From an uncultured cyanobacterium (GTDB lineage: Bacteria > Cyanobacteriota > Cyanobacteriia > PCC-9006 > JAAUQQ01), in assembly GCA_963718615.1 (NCBI GenBank), contig OY970368.1, positions 4,096,001 to 4,160,000 of the forward strand: DNA of 64,000 nt. The letters run 5' to 3'. The position numbers and the translations under genes are program-made. This document shows positions 19,848 to 29,806 of the stretch, piece after piece. Numbering within the stretch: position 1 is the stretch's first letter; the number at the start of each line of letters is the position of its first letter. The notes under the pieces were generated by a model. That model was not told the origin of the DNA, searched no databases, and saw nothing but the letters and a program-made list of their open reading frames with translations.

Positions 19848-21362
19848 ATGGCCTTCAAAACCGAGTTTGAGCTTTTGTTGCGATCGCGCTATCCCCTGCT
19901 CTATATTCCCACCACCGAAGAAGAGCGCCTGGAAACCGCAATTCAGCAATGCGCCGAGGCCCTCGGCAGCCGTCCCGTCTACACCTGGGATTTTGTCGAG
20001 GGCTATCAGGGCAATCCCAACGACAGTGGCCTCGCCAAACGCAACCCACTTCAGGCCCTGGAGTTTCTGGAAAAGCTCAATCCTAATGCTTCGGCAATCA
20101 TTGTCCTGCGGGATTTTCATCGTTTCTTGAATGACATCGCCATTTCTCGAAAGCTGCGCAACCTCGGTCGACAGCTCAAATCCCAACCGAAGAATATTGT
20201 GATCACCGCTGCGGAGTTAGAAATCCCAACGGAGCTGAGCGAACTGATTACCGTCGTCGAATTTCCCCTGCCCGATGGAGCAACCATTCGCCAGGAGTTG
20301 GAGCGGCTGGTGGTGGCGACGGGGCAACGGCTAGAGGCCAAAAACCTCGATGAGCTGGTGCGAACCTGCCAGGGACTCACCCTAGAGCGGATTCGGCGAG
20401 TCTTGGCACGGGCGATCGCCACCCACGGCAAACTCGACACCGACGACCTCGATCTGGTCCTGGAAGAAAAGCGCCAAACCATTCGCCAGACCCAAATTCT
20501 CGATTTTTACCCAGCCACCGAGCAAATTTCTGAGATTGGTGGTCTCGATAATCTCAAAGATTGGCTGCTACGGCGAGGCGGGGCCTTTTCCGAAAAAGCG
20601 CGGCAGTATGGTTTGCCCCATCCTCGGGGACTCCTGCTCGTGGGGGTCCAGGGCACCGGGAAATCCTTGACGGCGAAGGCGATCGCCCACCACTGGCACC
20701 TCCCCCTCCTGCGTCTAGATGTGGGCCGATTATTTGCCGGACTGGTGGGAGAATCAGAATCCCGCACCCGCCAAATGATCCAACTCGCAGAGGCCCTCTC
20801 TCCTTGCATTCTCTGGATTGACGAAATTGACAAAGCCTTTGCAGGGCTCGATGGCCGTGGCGATTCCGGGACAACAAACCGGGTATTTGGTACCTTTATC
20901 ACCTGGCTTGCCGAAAAGAAAACCCCAGTCTTTGTCGTAGCAACAGCCAATAATATCCAGTCGCTGCCCGCTGAGTTATTACGCAAAGGTCGGTTTGACG
21001 AAATTTTCTTTGTAGGGCTCCCCAATCAGGATGAGCGCAAGGCCATTTTTGAAGTTCATCTCTCGCGGCTTCGGCCCCACAATCTCAAATCCTACGATAT
21101 GGCTCGCCTTGCCTACGAAACCCCCGATTTCTCCGGGGCCGAAATCGAACAGACCCTCGTCGAAGCCATGCACATTGGCTTTAGCCAAAACCGCGACTTC
21201 ACCACCGACGATGTCCTCGAAGCCGCCAGCCAAATCGTTCCCCTAGCCCGCACCGCCCAGGACCAAATTGAAGCGCTCCAAGCCTGGGCCGCCGGAGGCC
21301 GCGCCCGCCCAGCGTCGCGCTATAGCAGCCTCAGCAGCCGGATTCAGGGCATGGGACCCTAG
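19848..21362 (+). CDS. ycf46: Ycf46-like AAA ATPase
   Basis: LLLRSRYPLLYI, GVQGTGKS, WIDEIDK, LLRKGRFDEIFF. Confidence 0.9.
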   Translation: MAFKTEFELLLRSRYPLLYIPTTEEERLETAIQQCAEALGSRPVYTWDFVEGYQGNPNDSGLAKRNPLQALEFLEKLNPNASAIIVLRDFHRFLNDIAISRKLRNLGRQLKSQPKNIVITAAELEIPTELSELITVVEFPLPDGATIRQELERLVVATGQRLEAKNLDELVRTCQGLTLERIRRVLARAIATHGKLDTDDLDLVLEEKRQTIRQTQILDFYPATEQISEIGGLDNLKDWLLRRGGAFSEKARQYGLPHPRGLLLVGVQGTGKSLTAKAIAHHWHLPLLRLDVGRLFAGLVGESESRTRQMIQLAEALSPCILWIDEIDKAFAGLDGRGDSGTTNRVFGTFITWLAEKKTPVFVVATANNIQSLPAELLRKGRFDEIFFVGLPNQDERKAIFEVHLSRLRPHNLKSYDMARLAYETPDFSGAEIEQTLVEAMHIGFSQNRDFTTDDVLEAASQIVPLARTAQDQIEALQAWAAGGRARPASRYSSLSSRIQGMGP

Positions 21363-21506
21363 GAGAGTTCTAGGCGTTTCTAGGGATGTTTCTCGGCAAT
21401 CCAATCAGCCACTTGCCGGATTCCCAAGCAGAAATGCGCCATTCTTAGCGGCTTGCTGTAGCATAGGCAGACGTTACACCCCTTCCCCTTTTAGCGGTGA
21501 CAATCC

Positions 21507-21980
21507 ATGCGTCTGTCTGGCTGTTTCCGAGTGATGCTCGGCATTTTTATTGCGATCGCCCTCATCGGTGCAGGTCTCTACGCCGTCGCCCGCTACTACC
21601 AAGATAAATACGGTATTGCCCCAGAAAAACCCCTGTTTGCCGAGGAGCAAGGCAAAGCCTTTGAGCCCCTCCAGACCCGAGCACCTGAGCCGCCACCAGA
21701 AGCCAAACCCGCTAGCGCGGCTAAGCCCACTGCAACCCCTACGCCCAAACCCAGCCCCACCCCAGTCCCCAAGGGAGATAAGGCCGTCGTGGTTTGGCCC
21801 GAAGGTTTGATTGTGCGATCGAGCGCCGCCGTCGAGGGGGAGCAAATCGGCGGCATCGAGTACAACCGCGAGGTTTACATCTTAGAAAGCACCGAGGGTT
21901 GGCAAAAAATCAAAGTGGCCAACGGCGATCTTGAAGGCTGGGTCAGGGCAGGTAACCTGGAGGTTGTTAAGGGGCAGTAA
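21507..21980 (+). CDS. membrane-anchored SH3-domain protein
   Basis: N-terminal TM helix, Pro/Thr linker, VVWPEGLIVRS...WQKI...EGWVRAGNL. Confidence 0.8.
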   Translation: MRLSGCFRVMLGIFIAIALIGAGLYAVARYYQDKYGIAPEKPLFAEEQGKAFEPLQTRAPEPPPEAKPASAAKPTATPTPKPSPTPVPKGDKAVVVWPEGLIVRSSAAVEGEQIGGIEYNREVYILESTEGWQKIKVANGDLEGWVRAGNLEVVKGQ

Positions 21981-22149
21981 TAGTTTGCGAGAGATTATTA
22001 AGAACCTTGGAGGAATATCAACCTTAATATCGGTCTCGGGGGGTCATGGGTTGAGCGCTGAGGCAGAGATGATAGCGTTACAAGCAATACGCTTTTCATC
22101 ACACTGCTTTTAGTCACATCCCCATTTACAACCCTCCCCATTGACCACC

Positions 22150-22320
22150 ATGTATAACAAAGACTCGGGCCACGATTGGGTTAGCGAAGTCATTATTGCC
22201 GCTGCGGGTGCCGGAGTCGCCACCACATTTGCTGTGGCACGGGGACAAAATCCCCTCCTAGCCTTGGGCATTACGTTATTTGCTGCGGGGATGGCGATCG
22301 CCATCAACCGGCTGCTCTAA
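22150..22320 (+). CDS. small (56 aa) hydrophobic membrane protein (absent from ORF track)
   Basis: MYNKDSGHDWVSEVIIAAAGAGVATTFAVARGQNPLLALGITLFAAGMAIAINRLL; two hydrophobic helices around a GQNP turn. Confidence 0.65.
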   Translation: MYNKDSGHDWVSEVIIAAAGAGVATTFAVARGQNPLLALGITLFAAGMAIAINRLL

Positions 22321-22462
22321 ATTAATCCGCGAGCTTGCATTTACGTCTTGCATTGGTGTAAAAGCATTGCTCCGATTTCATCCTCTCTATAAAGCCTGGG
22401 TTAAAAACCTGGGCTTTTTATTGGATTCTCGCCACAATCAACGGGCTGAAACGCAAAGCATC

Positions 22463-22502
22463 AAAAAGGCCCTGCACCTTTGGCAGAGGTACAGGGCGCT
22501 TT
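22463..22502 (-). terminator. intrinsic terminator downstream of glgB (probably bidirectional)
   Basis: aaaaa-ggccctgcacct-ttggc-agaggtacagggc-gcttt hairpin with A/T tails. Confidence 0.65.
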
Positions 22503-22518
22503 CCACAAAATTACTCGA

Positions 22519-24819
22519 TTAATTGGAAGACCCTTCTAGGGCAGCAGCAGTCTTCTCGCGATCAAGCTTAAACACCAGCGTTGCCAAGGGGGGCAAGCAC
22601 AGATCTAAGGAATAGGGACGACCATGGAAGGACCATTCCTCCGCCCATTTACCCCCCAGATTACCCATGTTACTGCCGCCAAATTCTTTGGAATCGCTAT
22701 TGAATCGCTCTTCGTAGAACCCTAACTCCGGCACGCCAATACGGTAATGGGCATGAGGTTGGGGCGTAAAGTTACACACTACAATCATCCGGTTGTTGGT
22801 ACCTTTTTCCTTACGACTAAAGGCAATCACGCTGTGGCGATTGTCGCTACAGTCAATCCACTCGAAGCCTTCGTTGGAGAAGTCATCGGTAAACAAACAG
22901 GGCTCACTGCGGTAGAGCTGGTTCAAGGCTGAGACAAAGTGCTTGAGCTGTTCGTGGGGTTTGTGCTGAAGCAAATCCCAATCCAGATCATTCCAGACAT
23001 TCCACTCGTTCCACTGACCATACTCCATGCTCATGAAGAGGGTCTTTTTGCCGGGGTGAGTGAACATATAGGTGTAGAGACACCGAATATTAGAAAACTT
23101 CTGCCATTCGTCACCAGGCATCTTGCCCAGCATGTTGCGCTTGCCGTGGACGACTTCGTCGTGGGACAGCGCGAGCATAAAGTTTTCGCTGAAGGCGTAC
23201 CAAATACTGAACGTGACATTGTTTTGATGGAACTGCCGGAACCAGGGGTCCATGGCAAAGTAATCCAACATGTCATGCATCCAGCCCATGTTCCACTTGA
23301 GGTTGAAGCCCAAGCCCCCCACATAGGTTGGCCAGGACACCATGGGCCAGGAAGTGGACTCCTCAGCGATCGACAGAATCCCAGGAAAATAGCTAAACAG
23401 CAAATGGTTCGTCTGGCGTAGGAAATCTGCCGCTGCAATATTTTCACAACCGCCATAGTCATTGGCGACCCACTCGCCATCCTTGCGGTTGTAGTTGAGG
23501 TAGAGCATAGACGCCACCGCATCCACCCGCATCCCATCAATGTGATATTTGTCAAACCAGAAGAGCGCGTTGGCCACCAGGAAGTTGCGCACTTCATTGC
23601 GGTTGTAATTGAAAACTAGGGTGCCCCACTCCTTATGTTCGCCCTTGCGGGGGTCCGCATGTTCATAGAGGTGAGTGCCATCAAAGAATGCCAGACCATG
23701 GCCATCCTTAGGGAAGTGACCGGGAACCCAGTCCACAATCACGCCGATGTCATTTTGGTGGCACTGGTCCACGAAGTACATGAAATCCTGCGGGGTTCCA
23801 AATCGAGAGGTAGCGGCGTAGTAGCCAGTCACCTGATAGCCCCAGGAACCATCAAAGGGGTGCTCCGCCACGGGAAGCACTTCGATGTGGGTAAAGCCTA
23901 ATTCTTTAACGTAGGGAATGAGGCGATCGGCCATTTCCCGATAGGTCAAGAACCGAGCCCCCGGCTTATATTCCGCCACATCCACAGGGGGCTGCAAGCT
24001 GCCATCCGGAAGCTTGGCGGGTTCATCGCTGGAACCATGCATCCAAGAGCCTAGATGGACTTCATAAACCGAAATAGGCCGAGTTAGAGGTTCCTGACTG
24101 CGGCGCTGCTCTAGCCAGTCTTGGTCTTGCCAAGTATAGCTTTCTAAGTCCGCGACGATGGAAGCGGTCTTGGGACGAACTTCCTGCTGAAACCCATAGG
24201 GGTCCGATTTTTCGTAAATGTGCCCCTCGGCGTTCTTGATTTCGTATTTGTAGGCCGCTCCAATGCCGACCTCTGGAATAAAAATCTCCCAAATACCGCC
24301 GTCCCGCCTCCGCATTTGGTGCTTGCGCCCGTCCCAATCGTTAAAGTCCCCCAGGACCGAAACATTGCGAGCGTTGGGAGCCCAAACAGAAAAGTAGGTT
24401 CCGGCAACGCCCTCGACGGTAACAAGGTGTGCCCCTAGCTTTTCGTAGATGCGATGATGGTTTCCCTCTGCAAAAAGGTGAATATCAAAGTCTGTCAGCA
24501 GCGGTGACTTGAAAGCGTAGGTATCATAAAAGACACGTTCATGCTCGCCCTCATGGACTTTGAGCTGATAGTTCCCCAGGTCCTGGGTCTCAATAATGCA
24601 TTCAAAAAAGTGGGGATGGTGAACCGACGACATCGGCAGCTCTTGGCGCTGCTCAGGACGAATGACCCAAGCGGCTGTTGCTGTCGGTAGATAGGCACGG
24701 ACCACCCAGGCACTTTTGCCATCCTGCTCAATGGGATGGGGTCCTAATACCTCAAAGGGATCGTGATGATAGTTATGCACCACGCGGTCAATCTGATCGG
24801 GACTGATAGTCGCTACCAT
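22519..24819 (-). CDS. glgB: 1,4-alpha-glucan branching enzyme
   Basis: [50 protein letters not shown]. Confidence 0.97.
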   Translation of the reverse strand: MVATISPDQIDRVVHNYHHDPFEVLGPHPIEQDGKSAWVVRAYLPTATAAWVIRPEQRQELPMSSVHHPHFFECIIETQDLGNYQLKVHEGEHERVFYDTYAFKSPLLTDFDIHLFAEGNHHRIYEKLGAHLVTVEGVAGTYFSVWAPNARNVSVLGDFNDWDGRKHQMRRRDGGIWEIFIPEVGIGAAYKYEIKNAEGHIYEKSDPYGFQQEVRPKTASIVADLESYTWQDQDWLEQRRSQEPLTRPISVYEVHLGSWMHGSSDEPAKLPDGSLQPPVDVAEYKPGARFLTYREMADRLIPYVKELGFTHIEVLPVAEHPFDGSWGYQVTGYYAATSRFGTPQDFMYFVDQCHQNDIGVIVDWVPGHFPKDGHGLAFFDGTHLYEHADPRKGEHKEWGTLVFNYNRNEVRNFLVANALFWFDKYHIDGMRVDAVASMLYLNYNRKDGEWVANDYGGCENIAAADFLRQTNHLLFSYFPGILSIAEESTSWPMVSWPTYVGGLGFNLKWNMGWMHDMLDYFAMDPWFRQFHQNNVTFSIWYAFSENFMLALSHDEVVHGKRNMLGKMPGDEWQKFSNIRCLYTYMFTHPGKKTLFMSMEYGQWNEWNVWNDLDWDLLQHKPHEQLKHFVSALNQLYRSEPCLFTDDFSNEGFEWIDCSDNRHSVIAFSRKEKGTNNRMIVVCNFTPQPHAHYRIGVPELGFYEERFNSDSKEFGGSNMGNLGGKWAEEWSFHGRPYSLDLCLPPLATLVFKLDREKTAAALEGSSN

Positions 24820-25424
24820 TGCAGAGGTTTAGGCTATAAATAAAAAGGACAAAGAATCGACGCTGTTGATACTGTAACAGCGGGATCTTCAAAACCGTTA
24901 TGTCTCTTCTGAAAGAAATAAACATACCTCACCGCTATCACAAGCCATTCGCGACATGAAGGGGACAGTCCTATCTTTTTGATCTGTATTGCTCTGTACA
25001 GGTGAAGCCAAAACGACACATCTGAGATCTTTATACCACGGTTACGTATTAGACAAGATCATGGTATGTGTCGAAAAGTGGGCAGGTGGTTAAGTACTAA
25101 GGCTTCCTGGAAAATCATAATAGGAGTAGGGAGGGAAGGAAAAATCCCTGTCAGACTCCCTGTCAAAACAGTGCACAAGTGAAGTTGAAGATAACCTTAG
25201 CAGCCGTTCAAGGGATCAAGAACATGACCCACAATCTTGCCAGCAAGGAGCCCCCCCCTGTATCTAAACATGAATTACCCAACGGAAGGGGTCATCGCTG
25301 AACAAGCAAGCCTGGTATTTGGAGTTGCATCGGCTTCGCTCAAAGCCAAGGGGGGAGAGACTCATTGACTGCTCCCCATTCTAGAAGGGTTGAAAGCAAT
25401 GCCTCATAAAGAGTCTATAGATTT

Positions 25425-25525
25425 AGGTCCTCTCTGGGGAGGCGAAACGAGAATTGCTCCCTTACGGTCGCGTTCCTATCCCTCCCCATGCCTGGAGGCA
25501 GGGGACTCTCGGAGAAATTAGATGA
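25425..25525 (+). mobile_element. IS200/IS605-family terminal remnant (no transposase)
   Basis: ...tgctcccttacggtcgcgttcctatccctccccatgcctggaggcaggggactctcggagaaattagatga with hairpin cccc-tgcct/aggca-gggg; resembles cyanobacterial IS200/IS605 ends from recall. Confidence 0.45.
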
Positions 25526-25582
25526 GGCAACCTCCGCAAAGTCAGGACGTTGTGACATGAATAATTGAGCAAAGCTATGAAC

Positions 25583-27367
25583 TTAGAGTTTTGCAGACTG
25601 CCAAGCGGGCTGGTACTGATATTGAGCAAATTCCATGCGCATTTCCTGCATGTCTGTGTTCTTTGGCAGATGCTTAGTTTTTGACAGATAGATTTTTTCA
25701 CCTATGACCGATTGACCTGACAAAACAAGTAAGCGGAAAAAGTGATACATGTGGCGAGGATTCAACAAGCCTCGAACGCCAAACCCCTTCCATTGAAATT
25801 TCAAGTACCAAATTGCAATAAACAGGTAGGCATGCTTCATTCCCGCAAATACATTGCACCGCAGTGGTTCAAACTTGGCGTTTTCAAGGAAGTGATCAAA
25901 ATGATTCAGAGGACTATAGTCTCCAATCAATTGATCTGCTCGATAAGCATCCATTAAGCCAATATTTTTTCCACTTTCAACCAGTTGATTAAATTGCTCG
26001 TACACATCAACAAACAAGCCTTTCATATTGGCAGGAAGCAACTTCAAAAACTTATTGACAAAGGTAAGATTGAGATGCCATTTACCGACATACATGGGAA
26101 CATGAACACCAAACCACCACATGTACTCAAAATAGACACGCCAACTCATGACACTAGCATTACCTAACTGCTTGTCATGGAAACGAATCAGATGATTGAC
26201 ATTCTCTGCATAGGCTAGATTAAAGCGATTATAGGCTGAACGCTTTGTTTCGGCATCTGCTTCGCCCATCAATTTAGCGCGAATAATTTCAGTAATCCCC
26301 TCAACGGCAAATGCAATAGTTGTCGTTCCATAGGAATAGAAAGCATCGAAAATGAAGGCAGAATCTCCAAGAACATACCAGTTATTAGGGGAGAACATCT
26401 CCTTACTCTTGTAGGCCACTTTAGGTCGATAGTGGAAATCAATATCGTCGCCTGATTTCACTAAATTGTAGAGGATCTTATGGTTAGCCTCTAGGAAAGC
26501 GTAGAACTTATCCTTGGTGTTAATCGACTGCGCAGGAATCACATCATGGTGATGGATAATACCAATAGATAACTCCATTGATTCACGGTCTGTGGGAATC
26601 ATCCATAGCCAGTGACCCTGACCAAAAAAATGATTGGTTGCATAATAGCTACTGGTAGTTGCACGATTGGGATCATAGCCTTTGTCAAATAATGTCCGAT
26701 CAACATTTTTAACGCGAACCCAAGTGGAACCAGTATTCAGACCGTACAGTTTTTCGCGATCGGTAATCACATTGTCGGTTTTGTTGCCAATGATAAAGTT
26801 GCGTCCAGCAGCATCAACCACGTGCTTCGCAGAAAGCTCAAGTAATTCGTCACCCAGTTTCACCTTGACCGTCTTAATTGCATCGCCTTCCGTTAGGTCC
26901 ACATCCACAACGCGGCCATTATAGAATATAACTCCCATCTCCTTATTCATCGCAAGTACATCGCGCTCAAATTTGGCCCGATTCATGTGAAAAGAGGCGA
27001 TCGCAGTCTGACGATTTGACCAAACATGGTAATAGTCATCAAGCTGCTCAGTACTACCAACCTGTTTAGGCCAGTGAAAATTAAGACCAGCTTTGGGTGT
27101 ATGATTTTCAATCATATATTCATGTAATCCCAGCTCCTTACACACAAATAAAGCTGCAACCTCGACCATTGATTCACCAATCTTCATATCCTTCACCTCT
27201 CGCTCCTCTGGTCGAAAATCAATCAGAGCAACTCTAATATTCGGGATATTGAGCATTAGGTGTCTTGCCTGACAAACGCCAGCAAAACCAGCTCCCATGA
27301 TCACCACATCATAATCATGCGAAACAGCAGAGTTGAAAGATTTCTCAAGTACTTGTATCGTATTCAT
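25583..27367 (-). CDS. flavin-dependent halogenase-like oxidoreductase (paralog C)
   Basis: GAGFAG, KIGES, PKAGLNFHW (catalytic Lys position), WLWMIP, GDSAFIFDAFYSYG. Confidence 0.8.
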   Translation of the reverse strand: MNTIQVLEKSFNSAVSHDYDVVIMGAGFAGVCQARHLMLNIPNIRVALIDFRPEEREVKDMKIGESMVEVAALFVCKELGLHEYMIENHTPKAGLNFHWPKQVGSTEQLDDYYHVWSNRQTAIASFHMNRAKFERDVLAMNKEMGVIFYNGRVVDVDLTEGDAIKTVKVKLGDELLELSAKHVVDAAGRNFIIGNKTDNVITDREKLYGLNTGSTWVRVKNVDRTLFDKGYDPNRATTSSYYATNHFFGQGHWLWMIPTDRESMELSIGIIHHHDVIPAQSINTKDKFYAFLEANHKILYNLVKSGDDIDFHYRPKVAYKSKEMFSPNNWYVLGDSAFIFDAFYSYGTTTIAFAVEGITEIIRAKLMGEADAETKRSAYNRFNLAYAENVNHLIRFHDKQLGNASVMSWRVYFEYMWWFGVHVPMYVGKWHLNLTFVNKFLKLLPANMKGLFVDVYEQFNQLVESGKNIGLMDAYRADQLIGDYSPLNHFDHFLENAKFEPLRCNVFAGMKHAYLFIAIWYLKFQWKGFGVRGLLNPRHMYHFFRLLVLSGQSVIGEKIYLSKTKHLPKNTDMQEMRMEFAQYQYQPAWQSAKL

Positions 27368-27562
27368 GTTCTCTCCTCTCCAAAGGAAATAAGATGTAAG
27401 TTTGCGTTAGAGGTGTGAGGTTCGATCGCAGGAGGGTAAATTACCGCTTCAGCCTAAGTTACTTAGCTCAGGCTGAATATCCTAAGGTCATCAATCACAG
27501 TAGATTTGGCTGGGGCATAGCATAACTAGGAAATAGCATGACTAATCCGCCTTCAAAGAACC

Positions 27563-29407
27563 TTATTTGAAGGCATACTCCTTAATAGATTCATCTTCTG
27601 TCATTGATGGATTCTGGGTAGTAAACTCTGTCATCCAAGATTGTAGTTCAGGCTTATATTGATAAGACTTGAACTCCTGACGCATTTCATCGATGTAGCT
27701 ATTGTTCGAGAGATTTCTTGTCTTGAACTTGTACACCATCTCTCCAATCGCAGATTGCACAGTAAAGCCAATTAGCACCAACAGGTAGTAAAGATTAGCA
27801 AAATTTAGGAAACCCTTGACTCCAAACCCTTTCCAAAGGAATTTCACGTACCAAACTGCAACGAAGAAACAAGTATTCTTAATACAGGCAAAGACATTGC
27901 AGTGAAGAGGCTCAAGTTTGGTATTTGCCAAGTAGTTATCGAACTGTTTAGGAGTATAGTATCCCCAAAGCAATTGATCAGCCCGATAACAGTCCATGAG
28001 CCCAAGATTGGCATCTCGCTCAACTAACTGATTGAATTGTTTATTCACATGGGAAAACATACCATCAATTTTCTTGTTGATGCCCAAGAAAATTGAAATA
28101 AAGGTTTGATCGATATGCCACTTACCAACATACATGGGAACCATCATTCCAAACCACCACATGTACTCCCAATAAATACGCCAACTCATAACACTCGCAT
28201 GACCTAGCTGCTTGCCATGATCGCGATAGAGGTAATTAACCGTCAAAGCAAAAATCAAATTGAAACGGTTAAATGCTTCTCGTTTTTCTTCGGTATCAGA
28301 CTCACCCACGAACTTTGAGCGAATGATTTCAGTGACGCTCTCGATCGCGAGAGTCACAGTAGAGGTACCATAAGAGTAGAAAGCATCAAAGATGTAAGCA
28401 GCATCTCCAATGACATACCAGTTGTCTGGTGAAAACATGCGCTTACTCTTATGGGCAACCTTAGGCCAATAGTGGTAATCAATCTTCTCACCACTTTCAA
28501 TCAAGTTATACAGCAACTGGTGGTTACGTTTCAAAAAGTCGAGGAACTTCTCCTCAGTATTGACTTCTTCGGAGGGTAGTTGGTCATGATGATGCATCAT
28601 GCCAATCGAAACTTCCATGGTTTTTGTATCGATCGGAATCATCCACAGCCAATGGCCATGCCCAAAGTAATGATTGGTAGCATAATAATGACTGGTCGAT
28701 GAGTTCTTGGGATCATAGCCACTATGGAAAAGACTACGATCAACACCACGCACTCGCATCCAGGTGGAAGCATTATTTAATCCGAGCAGATTCTCGGGAC
28801 CCGAAAGGACATTGTCTTTCTTCCGCCCAATGATGAATCGGCGTCCTGCTGCATCAATCACATGCTTACAGGTTAGGTAAATCACCTCTCCCTTAAGATT
28901 AATTTTGACCTTCTTAGCTTCATCACCTGGGGTCAAGTCAACATCATCAACTCGACCATTGTAAAACGCAACTCCCATTTCTTGGTCCATCTTGAGTAAA
29001 TCGCGCTCTAGCTTAGCTCGATTCATTTGGAATGCAGGGATCGAAACCTGGCGATTAGACCAAATATGATAGTAATCATCCAAATTTTCTGTCTGATTTG
29101 CAGTTTTAGGCCAATGAAAATTTAGGCCAATTTTAGGAACATGATTTTCAATCAGGTATTCATGAAGACCTAACTCTTTACTTAAAAACAAGGCAGCAAT
29201 TTCAATGGTTGATTCTCCGATTTTAAGATCCTTGTCACCCCGATCAACTGGACGCGGATCAACTAGTGCAACCGTTATACCAGGAATCTTCAGCATCAAA
29301 TGACGAGCTTGGCAAAGTCCTGCAAAACCCGCACCCATAATGACCACATCATAATCATGAGATGAAGTATCTTGGGTCAAGACATCGTGAGTCAGAGTGC
29401 TAATCAT
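27563..29407 (-). CDS. flavin-dependent halogenase-like oxidoreductase (paralog B)
   Basis: GAGFAG, KIGEST, PKIGLNFHW, WLWMIP, GDAAYIFDAFYSYG. Confidence 0.8.
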   Translation of the reverse strand: MISTLTHDVLTQDTSSHDYDVVIMGAGFAGLCQARHLMLKIPGITVALVDPRPVDRGDKDLKIGESTIEIAALFLSKELGLHEYLIENHVPKIGLNFHWPKTANQTENLDDYYHIWSNRQVSIPAFQMNRAKLERDLLKMDQEMGVAFYNGRVDDVDLTPGDEAKKVKINLKGEVIYLTCKHVIDAAGRRFIIGRKKDNVLSGPENLLGLNNASTWMRVRGVDRSLFHSGYDPKNSSTSHYYATNHYFGHGHWLWMIPIDTKTMEVSIGMMHHHDQLPSEEVNTEEKFLDFLKRNHQLLYNLIESGEKIDYHYWPKVAHKSKRMFSPDNWYVIGDAAYIFDAFYSYGTSTVTLAIESVTEIIRSKFVGESDTEEKREAFNRFNLIFALTVNYLYRDHGKQLGHASVMSWRIYWEYMWWFGMMVPMYVGKWHIDQTFISIFLGINKKIDGMFSHVNKQFNQLVERDANLGLMDCYRADQLLWGYYTPKQFDNYLANTKLEPLHCNVFACIKNTCFFVAVWYVKFLWKGFGVKGFLNFANLYYLLVLIGFTVQSAIGEMVYKFKTRNLSNNSYIDEMRQEFKSYQYKPELQSWMTEFTTQNPSMTEDESIKEYAFK

Positions 29408-29806
29408 GAGTTAAAATCTCCCTAAATTGAAAGTGAAATACTTAATCCTTAAGCTTCTCTAAGGGCCAGTCTAGAACACTTTAAAACCTCCACATATCTA
29501 TGGTATGGGCAGGCATCTAAATAGCAAGCTAGAGACTCGAAAGGATAGAATTCTAGCAAGCAGATCGACTTTAGCCCTGCGAAATAGCTAAAGGATTGAA
29601 TTAATTGTTCTACCTGACCAACATTAAATTCATTGAGATTCAGTGAGATTCATATTCAACTAGAATCATAAAACGAAATTTTGCAAGCGCTAACTAGAGT
29701 CATTTAAAAAACCGAAAACCTGATTTGAACAGATATTTTTGATCATTCTTGTATCTTTCTATGGATCAAACCTCATCGCCTATCCCAAAAAGAAGCTTGG
29801 ATTTGA

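Noticed and set aside
7900-24750. Many 60-226 aa overlapping or antisense ORFs in the track (e.g. 14892-15572, 20507-21025, 23031-23597, 22110-22307)
   Set aside because: Shadows of well-supported genes in GC-rich DNA, with no motifs
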